Assembly: GCF_049243625.1 (NCBI RefSeq)
Contig: NZ_CP046975.1
Reading direction: 5' to 3' (one strand)
Source of the DNA: Corynebacterium amycolatum
Lineage (GTDB): Bacteria; Actinomycetota; Actinomycetes; Mycobacteriales; Mycobacteriaceae
Length of the DNA stretch: 32,000 nt
The notes beneath the pieces were generated by a model, which made no database searches, was not told the DNA's origin, and worked only from the letters and a program-made list of their open reading frames with translations. Shown in pieces: positions 18,137 to 25,179 of the stretch (the first letter of the stretch is position 1; every line of letters begins with the position of its first letter). Both the position numbers and the translations under genes were made by a program.

Positions 18137-18591
18137 GAGCATACGGGTAGGCCGTTAGCTGTAGGCAAAGATTCTGAGCTGCTCCCTGGCGTGACTTTTC
18201 CGACCGTTGAATTGGTGTGGGGCAGCGGGCTTTGCTTTTGAGGAGACCACGTTTCAGCTGCGCAATTCCGTGGTAGCGACCCCAAGCCGTCGATGACATC
18301 GATGATGGCGGCAGTGTTGTCGTGATGATTAATAGGCTATTAACAAAGGGCGAGCGTGCGGCGAAGCAAGTGGCTGCACCCGGTAGACGGGCTTAGGCGA
18401 AGTCGCGAAAAATGCGGTTCGAAGTTGAGTAGTGTTTTGCGTGTTAGTATTAGCAGTCCTTTGTATTGAACCGTTTTTGCCGGATCCCAAATGGGTCTTT
18501 GTCAGCGAAGGGGCACTTCAGGCCTCACGCTATATGGGGTCTAGCTACGAATGGTTGCGCACAGATATAGATAGATAGGGAGTAGCCGAAA

Positions 18592-19023
18592 ATGGCAGAT
18601 CCAGCACGCGCGCGCAGGCTGTCCAAGCGTATTCAGGAGATTGTCGCCAGCGCAATCGAGCGTGAGATTAAGGACCGGCGTCTGGAGTTTGTGACTATCA
18701 CCGACTGCCGCGTCACCGGCGATTTGCACGACGCCACAGTCTTTTACACTGTGCGCGGACGTACACTCGACGAGGAACCGGACTACGAGTCGGCAGCAGC
18801 AGCGCTGGAAAAGGCAAAGGGGCAGCTGCGTTCCCTAGTCGGTCGTGGCACCGGTGTGCGCTACACACCGACGCTGGCTTTTGAGGTTGACACGGTGCCG
18901 GAGATCTCCGCGCACCTTGAGGAGCTGCTTGATAAGACTCGCGCGCGCGACGCGGAATTGGCTGAGCAGGCCAGAAACGCAAAGCCCGCAGGCGATGCCA
19001 ACCCATACCGCGACGAGGAGTAA
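18592..19023 (+). CDS. rbfA: ribosome-binding factor A
   Basis: 143 aa. [49 protein letters not shown] is the RbfA KH-like core. GGGAG lies 10 nt upstream. Confidence 0.95.
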   Translation: MADPARARRLSKRIQEIVASAIEREIKDRRLEFVTITDCRVTGDLHDATVFYTVRGRTLDEEPDYESAAAALEKAKGQLRSLVGRGTGVRYTPTLAFEVDTVPEISAHLEELLDKTRARDAELAEQARNAKPAGDANPYRDEE

Positions 19024-19065
19024 AACTCTCCACCGGCCACATCTATCGATGAAAGGGGCACCCAC

Positions 19066-20127
19066 GTGACCACTTCTCCGCAGGCTCAGGAGCAGGCAGC
19101 TCACCAGCTTTCCCAGGCGATTAATCGCCGCATGTCCAAGCCGATTCAGCAGATGCAGGATATGCTTGCCGACGCTAAGAAAGTCGGCGTCATTGCCCAT
19201 GTTCACCCTGATGCGGATGCGATTGGTGCCGCATCTGCGATGGTCATGGCACTTGTACAGCGTGGCATTTCGGCTGTCGCCAGCTACGGTGAGAGCGATT
19301 TGCCTGCCAAGTCGCTGCTGACCATCCCCGGATGGGAACGCTTCGTCGAGTACACGGACCTGGATGAAGACATTGACACGTGGGTGACTGTCGACTGCGC
19401 AAGCCCGGGGCGTCTCGGTGCGCTCGAAGATCGCGTGATGGCCTCCGATCGCGTTATCAATGTTGACCATCACGCGACCAACACTCGCTTTGGGTCCGTC
19501 AACATGATTGATGAACTCGCAGAGTCCTCGACCATGGTGCTCCTGGACTTCTTTGGGGTCTGGGGTATCAAGCTGACCACGCCGATGGCTCATGCTCTCT
19601 ACGCCGGGCTGTTGACGGATACCGCGTCGTTCCAGTTCGGCCGTTCTCGCATGCACACTGCAGCGGCGCGCCTGCTGGATAAGGGGCTCGATCCGCGCAC
19701 GATTGGTGCACAGCTGCTGGAAGAGCATCCGTTTGCCTACCTGCCGTTCCTGGGCACGGTGCTTTCCACCGCGACATTGGTGCCCGAGTGGGGCGACGGC
19801 GCAGGCCTAATCCACGTCGTCATTGAGTACGACCAGACCGCCGAAGTTGGCCACGATGAGATTGAATCCGTCGTGGACATTGTGCGTACGACCAATGCGG
19901 CCGATGTCTGTGCGGTACTTAAGGAGTATGAGCCAGGCCAGTGGGCGGTCTCGCTGCGTTCTCGCGAGCTTGTCGATGTCTCCCAGGTCGCCCTGGAAAT
20001 TGGCGGCGGTGGCCACGAGCGCGCAGCCGGCCTGACTCGCGAGTGCAGCAAGGATGAGCTGTTGCAAGCCATCCTGGACACCAGCGATGTCGCAGCCCAG
20101 GCACGCCGAGGCACAAGCGAGGCCTAG
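19066..20127 (+). CDS. nrnA: DHH/DHHA1-family phosphoesterase (NrnA/CnpB-like nanoRNase and pAp or c-di-AMP phosphodiesterase)
   Basis: The DHH motifs are HVHPDADAIGAA, VDHH and LLTDTASF. The DHHA1 motif is GGGHERAAG. It occupies the conserved position after rbfA. Confidence 0.85.
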   Translation: MTTSPQAQEQAAHQLSQAINRRMSKPIQQMQDMLADAKKVGVIAHVHPDADAIGAASAMVMALVQRGISAVASYGESDLPAKSLLTIPGWERFVEYTDLDEDIDTWVTVDCASPGRLGALEDRVMASDRVINVDHHATNTRFGSVNMIDELAESSTMVLLDFFGVWGIKLTTPMAHALYAGLLTDTASFQFGRSRMHTAAARLLDKGLDPRTIGAQLLEEHPFAYLPFLGTVLSTATLVPEWGDGAGLIHVVIEYDQTAEVGHDEIESVVDIVRTTNAADVCAVLKEYEPGQWAVSLRSRELVDVSQVALEIGGGGHERAAGLTRECSKDELLQAILDTSDVAAQARRGTSEA

Positions 20128-20131
20128 GGGA

Positions 20132-21508
20132 TTGTCGGACTCGCGAGAAACTCAGGAGCGCACTGAGATTGAGCAAACTGGCATAGAGCGAACCGGGCAC
20201 AGTGCGAAGTCAGATGTCAGCCTTCGCGCAATCGTTTCGCTGGCGCTGCCAGCGTTGGGCGTTCTTGCTGCGCCCGCACTCTATGTGCTGCTGGATACGG
20301 CTGTCATCGGTCGGCTCGGAGCCGTCCAGCTTGCGGCGCTTGCTGCTGGTTCGACGGTATTTTCCGTGGTAACTACGCAGCTTACTTTCTTGGCTTACGG
20401 CACGACTGCCCGATCAGCGCGAGCCTTTGGCAGGGGCAACGTGGACGAGGCGGTCGAAGAGGGGGTGCAAGCGACGTGGGTCGCCATCTTTGTGGGCCTT
20501 AGCCTCTTTGCCATCATCGTGGGGTTGGCACCGGTATTTACCGGTTGGTTAGCTCCTCATCCGGAGGTCGCTCATGATGCCGGGCAATGGTTGCGAGTTG
20601 CTGCTTTCGCCATTCCGCTGACGTTGATTGCGCAGGCTGGAAATGGTTGGTTACGAGGTATCCAAAACACCCGCTCGCCGCTGCTATTTGTGCTCTCAGG
20701 CCTTGTTCCGGCCGCCATTGTGATTGTGCCTCTAGTCCGCGCCTTCGGTCTCGAGGGCTCTGCAATGGCCGTCCTTTTCGGCGAATTGATTACCGGCGGG
20801 CTGTTCCTCCGCAGTCTTTTCAAGGAGTGCTCTAACCGCAAGCTCTCCATGCGCCCGAATGGCGCCATTATCAAAAGCCAGCTGGTCCTCGGTCGCGATC
20901 TCATCGTTCGCTCCTTGTCCTTCCAGGTAGCGTTCCTCTCTGCCGCCGCGGTTGCTGGCCGCGTTGGGCCGACCACGCTAGGTGGGCACCAGGTCATGCT
21001 GCAACTGTGGAATCTGATCTCGTTGGTGCTCGACTCGCTAGCGATTGCTGCACAGACGCTCGTCGGTGCAGCGTTGGGCGGTAGCTCCACGGCCGTTGCC
21101 CGCTGGACTGGCAAGCGAGTTACTGTCTGGTCAAGCGTCATTGCTCTCGGCCTAGCGGCCGTCTTCGCAGTGGGTAATGCCAATATCGTCCGCATTTTTA
21201 CCGACTCCATAGGCGTGATTGACGCAGTCACCGCCGGACCATGGTGGATTCTTGTCGCAATGATTCCTATCGGCGGTGTCGTCTTCGCGCTCGATGGCGT
21301 GTTGCTCGGCGCCGGCGATGCAGCCTTCCTCCGTAACGCCACCGTTAGCGCGGTCCTGTGCGGATTCCTCCCGCCGGTCTGGCTGGCTCAGGCATTTGGT
21401 TGGGGGCTGACCGGCGTATGGTGTGGTCTCTTGGCATTCATGATTCTGCGACTCATCTTTGTCGCTACCCGTTTCCGTGGAGAGAAATGGTACGGCATCA
21501 GCGCATGA
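20132..21508 (+). CDS. dinF: MATE-family efflux transporter (DinF-like)
   Basis: About 12 hydrophobic segments. The typical N-terminus is LALPALGVLAAPALYVLLDTAVIGRLG. The start is uncertain: TTG at 20132 begins just after the nrnA stop, while the in-frame ATGs at 20054 and 20087 would overlap nrnA by 41-74 nt. Confidence 0.8.
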   Translation: MSDSRETQERTEIEQTGIERTGHSAKSDVSLRAIVSLALPALGVLAAPALYVLLDTAVIGRLGAVQLAALAAGSTVFSVVTTQLTFLAYGTTARSARAFGRGNVDEAVEEGVQATWVAIFVGLSLFAIIVGLAPVFTGWLAPHPEVAHDAGQWLRVAAFAIPLTLIAQAGNGWLRGIQNTRSPLLFVLSGLVPAAIVIVPLVRAFGLEGSAMAVLFGELITGGLFLRSLFKECSNRKLSMRPNGAIIKSQLVLGRDLIVRSLSFQVAFLSAAAVAGRVGPTTLGGHQVMLQLWNLISLVLDSLAIAAQTLVGAALGGSSTAVARWTGKRVTVWSSVIALGLAAVFAVGNANIVRIFTDSIGVIDAVTAGPWWILVAMIPIGGVVFALDGVLLGAGDAAFLRNATVSAVLCGFLPPVWLAQAFGWGLTGVWCGLLAFMILRLIFVATRFRGEKWYGISA

Positions 21509-22200
21509 GTGTGCTTGCCGACGTTCAGGAGTACCTGGCCGGGCATTTACCCGCCGGTAGCCGGCTGGTCATTGACTCCAATGCCGAGCGTCCTTTTAGT
21601 GATGCGGAATTGCAGCAGCTCCGTAGTGCTGAATTGAGGCTGTCTGATAGTGCAGCACCTGCTCGAATCCGTGATTTCACCCGAGGACGCCTCGCTGCAC
21701 ATGAGGCGTTGCAACGGCTAGGAGAGTCTGCCCCAGGTGGGATTGGCGTGTCGACCACTGGAGCGCCGCTGTGGCCGCGAGGAGTCGTGGGGTCAATTAG
21801 CCACTGCGACGGGGCCGTGGCAGCTGTGTCCGCGAGCGCTGAACAGCTGCAGGGGATTGGCATCGATGTCGAGGTCGAGCAGACTCTAGAGTTAGGAATC
21901 ATCGATGCAGTCTTGCGCACTGACGAAGCTCGCCTGGATCCGCTGGTGCAATTTAGCGCCAAGGAATCAGTGTACAAACTCTGGGAGCCGATAGTCGGGC
22001 AGTGGCTAGACTTCGACGAAGTTTCCGTGCAACCGAGGAAGAGACGGATAGCAGCGCGAGGTTTTTCCCGAGGACTCGCAGGCGGACCTCTACAGCTAAC
22101 ATTTCACCGTGAGATTCCCGACGCCTTCCGCGGAGTAAAGGGCTTCTGGGCCCGCGGCGCAGGCGTCGTTGCCACCGCGGTGTGGCTCGAGCAGTGTTAA
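21505..22200 (+). CDS. pptT: 4'-phosphopantetheinyl transferase (Sfp/EntD type, PptT-like)
   Basis: WPRGVVGSISHCDGAVAAV and GIGIDVE are the PPTase metal and CoA motifs, with FSAKESVYK further downstream. The ATG overlaps the dinF stop (ATGA). It is adjacent to truB, as is M. tuberculosis pptT. Confidence 0.8.
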   Translation: MSVLADVQEYLAGHLPAGSRLVIDSNAERPFSDAELQQLRSAELRLSDSAAPARIRDFTRGRLAAHEALQRLGESAPGGIGVSTTGAPLWPRGVVGSISHCDGAVAAVSASAEQLQGIGIDVEVEQTLELGIIDAVLRTDEARLDPLVQFSAKESVYKLWEPIVGQWLDFDEVSVQPRKRRIAARGFSRGLAGGPLQLTFHREIPDAFRGVKGFWARGAGVVATAVWLEQC

Positions 22201-22216
22201 AAGCCTTGAGAAGTAG

Positions 22217-23203
22217 TTACAGCGTGGCCGGGCGTACCACGAAGACCGTCTTGGCCCGTTTGCCGGATTCTGTGAGCAGCGCCGGGACCTTTCCCGTCGG
22301 AGACACCGCCGCATAGACTCCAGGTTTTCCGATTGGCTCCAGCCACTTGCCCTGAGCCAAATCAGCCGCCTGCTGTTCAGTTATTTCGCGGGAATCAAAG
22401 CAACGCAGGCAGGCCGCGTCCAGACTCATCGGCAGCAAGGAAGCGGCGCGCTCCGGAAGGGGGCGTCGCATCTCAGCAATTTCTGGATTGGCGGTGTCGA
22501 ATTGCTCGGCTTTCGCTGTGAGCTCGTCGATAGTCAATGCTTCTTCAATAGTGAAAACGCCGGCGGCAGTACGTCGCAGAGCGGTGAGATGACCACCGAC
22601 TCCCAGTGCATCCCCCAAGTCACGAGCTAAGGCGCGGATGAAAGTGCCAGCAGAGCAGTCGACCTCCACGTCGATATCGATGCACTCCCCGGGACGGGAA
22701 GGATTGGAGTCGTGGCGGATGTCCAGAACCTCATAGCGGGTGATTGTCACCGGGCGCGCTGGGATATCGACCTTCTCGCCACGGCGGATGCGCTCGTAGG
22801 CGCGGACACCGTCAATCTTCACTGCGGATGCCGCCGCAGGTTTTTGCATGATCGTGCCGGTGAACTTCGCAATTTCCTCTCGAACCATTTCATCGGTCAC
22901 CGATGCCGCTGACGATTCGGAGAGCAACTCGCCTTCGGCGTCGTCGGTAAGTGTGGCAGCGCCGAGCCGAATGGTGGCTTGGTAGGACTTCGTGTCCGCG
23001 TGGACATGGGGTAGGAAACGCGTGCCGCGGCCGATGCCGAGGACGAGCACACCGGTGGCCATTGGGTCGAGGGTGCCGGAGTGGCCGACCTTCTTGGTGC
23101 GGAAGATTCGACGGAGTTTGCCCACTACATCGTGGCTTGTCCAGCCTTGGGGCTTGTCGACGATGACAATGCCGGAGTCTGCAATCGGATCGAAGTCGGT
23201 CAT
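22217..23203 (-). CDS. truB: tRNA pseudouridine(55) synthase
   Basis: [47 protein letters not shown] contains the catalytic Asp motif (GTLDP). Confidence 0.95.
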   Translation of the reverse strand: MTDFDPIADSGIVIVDKPQGWTSHDVVGKLRRIFRTKKVGHSGTLDPMATGVLVLGIGRGTRFLPHVHADTKSYQATIRLGAATLTDDAEGELLSESSAASVTDEMVREEIAKFTGTIMQKPAAASAVKIDGVRAYERIRRGEKVDIPARPVTITRYEVLDIRHDSNPSRPGECIDIDVEVDCSAGTFIRALARDLGDALGVGGHLTALRRTAAGVFTIEEALTIDELTAKAEQFDTANPEIAEMRRPLPERAASLLPMSLDAACLRCFDSREITEQQAADLAQGKWLEPIGKPGVYAAVSPTGKVPALLTESGKRAKTVFVVRPATL

Positions 23204-23267
23204 AGACGCAATCCTATGTTGCGCTATATGCGGTGTGTTAAACGGTGACCAGTTACACTAGCTCTTT

Positions 23268-24263
23268 GTGGAGATTTGGTATGGCTTGGACAATGCACCC
23301 GAAGACCTGGGGGACACGGTCGTAACCATCGGAGTGTTCGATGGTATTCATCTAGGGCATAAGCGCCTGATAGCTGCTGCGGTCAGTGACGCTCGCGCTC
23401 GTGGCGTGAAGTCGCTGTTGATGACTTTCGACCCCAACCCCGTAGCGCTGTTTGCCCCGGATAAGGTGCCGCCGGCACTGTCCACCGTGTCCCGTCGTGC
23501 CGAGCTGGCAGAAGCGGAGGGAATTGATGCCATGCTCGTCGTGCCCTTCGACAAGAACTTCTCCAGCATCCCCCCAGAAGACTTTGTACGCACCGTTATC
23601 CGCGACAAGCTGAATGCACAGGCCGTCTTTGTTGGCCAGAACTTCACCTATGGGCAGAAGGCCGCAGGTACTGCCGAGACTATGCCGGAGCACGGCCGTA
23701 AGTGTGGGGTCGACGTCACCATCGTCGACCTCCTCGACGTCACTGCCGCGGATTCGACCGAACGCGTTTCGTCGACACGTATTCGCGGTTTGCTTGCCGA
23801 CGGAGCGGTGTCCGCAGCCGCCTCGTGTCTCGGGTACTTCTACCGTGTCGATGGTGACGTTATTCCCGGTCAGGGGCGTGGGGGAGCGCAGCTGGGTTTT
23901 CCGACCGCCAATATTGACTTCGCTGAGGGCTTGGCAGTCCCGGCTGATGGTGTCTACGCGGCATGGTTTACGGCTCAGCCGACGGCAGCCCGCCCGGAGC
24001 CGGACCCGAAGGGCGATATCGAGTTTGGGGTGCGCTACCCAGCAGCCGTGTCGGTGGGCACTAATGTGACCTTTGGAGACACTGATCGAACGGTCGAGGC
24101 CTACGTGATTGACCGTCACGCGGACCTCTACGGCATCGCCGGGCAGGTTGAGTTTGTCGATCGGATTCGCGGAATGGAGAAGTTCGACTCGGTCGAGGAG
24201 CTCATTGACCGGATGAACCAGGACGTAGTAGACACCGAGGCCATTTTGGCAAAGACCGATTAG
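23268..24263 (+). CDS. ribF: bifunctional riboflavin kinase / FMN adenylyltransferase
   Basis: The FAD synthetase module begins TIGVFDGIHLGHKRL. The riboflavin kinase module includes GRGGAQLGFPTANI ... VEAYVIDRHADLYG ... RGMEKF. The start codon is GTG. Confidence 0.95.
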   Translation: MEIWYGLDNAPEDLGDTVVTIGVFDGIHLGHKRLIAAAVSDARARGVKSLLMTFDPNPVALFAPDKVPPALSTVSRRAELAEAEGIDAMLVVPFDKNFSSIPPEDFVRTVIRDKLNAQAVFVGQNFTYGQKAAGTAETMPEHGRKCGVDVTIVDLLDVTAADSTERVSSTRIRGLLADGAVSAAASCLGYFYRVDGDVIPGQGRGGAQLGFPTANIDFAEGLAVPADGVYAAWFTAQPTAARPEPDPKGDIEFGVRYPAAVSVGTNVTFGDTDRTVEAYVIDRHADLYGIAGQVEFVDRIRGMEKFDSVEELIDRMNQDVVDTEAILAKTD

Positions 24264-24404
24264 CTGTTAAAGTAAAACGTCGGCTGTGACTGCGGTCCAC
24301 AAGTAGTTGCGAGGAACCAGCTGCCAGACGCTGTTTGGTTCCGGGAAAGCCGAGAATGTGGACTGAAAAAACGACCATAATTTGATTCAAGGAGTTAGAT
24401 TTAC

Positions 24405-24674
24405 ATGGCTTTGAACACTGCAGAAAAGGCTGAGATTCTCAAGGAGTTCGGCCTGCACGAGACCGACACCGGTTCCCCGGAGGCTCAGGTTGCACTGCTG
24501 ACCGCTCGTATTCGTCAGCTGACCGAGCACCTGAAGTTCCACAAGCACGATCACCACTCTCGTCGTGGTCTGCTGCTGCTGGTCGGTCGCCGCAAGGGCC
24601 TGCTGCAGTACCTGCAGGACAATGACGTTGAGCGCTACCGTAAGCTGATCGAGCGCCTTGGTCTGCGCCGCTAA
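24405..24674 (+). CDS. rpsO: 30S ribosomal protein S15
   Basis: 89 aa. [49 protein letters not shown] matches S15. AAGGAG lies upstream. Confidence 0.97.
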   Translation: MALNTAEKAEILKEFGLHETDTGSPEAQVALLTARIRQLTEHLKFHKHDHHSRRGLLLLVGRRKGLLQYLQDNDVERYRKLIERLGLRR

Positions 24675-24750
24675 GGTTTCCCTTAAGGTCCTGTTTGTCA
24701 GAGCGTCATTGGTGTAAGTTGCTCTGTTAATTCAAGGCTTTTAAGCTTTT

Positions 24751-24801
24751 AGACCCGCCGTTTGGATTTCCATTGAATGGAAGCTCACGGCGGGTCTTTT
24801 T
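24751..24801 (+). terminator. intrinsic terminator after rpsO
   Basis: AGACCCGCCG (24751-24760) pairs with CGGCGGGTCT (24788-24797). An inner stem TTCCAT-tga-ATGGAA is also present, followed by a T5 tract. A smaller hairpin CAGAGC...GCTCTG lies at 24699-24726. Confidence 0.7.
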
Positions 24802-24827
24802 GGTCACTTGTCGTTGTGGTATTCACT

Positions 24828-24986
24828 CATCGATGCGCTGTAGCGTGGCCACAAGTGAATACCTCATCGACATGTGGAGGGGGCTGATCGACAGCGTGCG
24901 CATAAGTGTCGGGGCACCATCGATAAGACACGGTAATTCGTCGACAAGACACGGTAATCCATCGATGAGTGAAGAGAAGTCATCGA
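24828..24986. repeat. array of seven CATCGA(T/C)-type boxes (TCGA cores at 24830, 24867, 24888, 24920, 24941, 24962, 24983), including an 18-nt direct repeat TCGAyAAGACACGGTAAT x2
   Basis: Read directly from the sequence. Core-to-core spacings are 37, 21, 32, 21, 21 and 21 bp. Two further boxes lie at 25124 (weak) and 25144. The array is in non-coding DNA between the rpsO terminator and pnp. Confidence 0.6.
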
Positions 24987-25092
24987 TAAGTGCCCCCGCT
25001 CCGCAAACTCCTAGAACCCCGCGTAGGTGCAAGAACCCAGATGGCAGTGAGAGATCTCCGATCCGTCCAATACGAGAACTTTCTGCGTTAGC

Positions 25093-25101
25093 TGGTAGAA
25101 T
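25093..25101 (+). promoter_or_regulatory. candidate extended -10 promoter element for pnp (TGgTAGAAT)
   Basis: TGG-TAGAAT matches the TGn-TAnAAT extended -10 typical of corynebacterial sigma-A promoters. It lies 79 nt upstream of the pnp ATG and downstream of the rpsO terminator. No good -35 element. Confidence 0.35.
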
Positions 25102-25179
25102 GCGTGACGCAAACGAAGTTCATTCGATCTTTTACAGGCGACATCGATGATCGCCGCTATTTCTAGGAGTAAGAAACCT

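Noticed and set aside
18096-18299. 67-aa minus-strand ORF in the infB-rbfA insertion.
   Set aside because: It overlaps the 3' end of the 227-aa ORF, has no SD sequence, and has an implausible composition. It is treated as a chance ORF within non-coding DNA.
24313-24342. A stem, GGAACCA...TGGTTCC with an inner CAGC/GCTG, in the rpsO 5' region, considered as an S15 autoregulatory leader element.
   Set aside because: S15-binding leaders differ widely between phyla, and I cannot match this stem to a defined family by eye. It may equally be a ribF 3' hairpin. It is noted but not called.
24773-25150. 125-aa plus-strand ORF, and a 69-aa minus-strand ORF (24823-25032), in the rpsO-pnp spacer.
   Set aside because: The plus-strand ORF starts inside the rpsO terminator hairpin and has no SD sequence. 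Both ORFs are open mainly because the 21-bp repeat unit contains no stop codon in those frames. Their compositions (Arg/Ser/Cys/Pro-rich, 7-residue pseudo-periodicity) look like translated repeat DNA. The region is kept as a non-coding repeat array, but Ribo-seq could overturn this.
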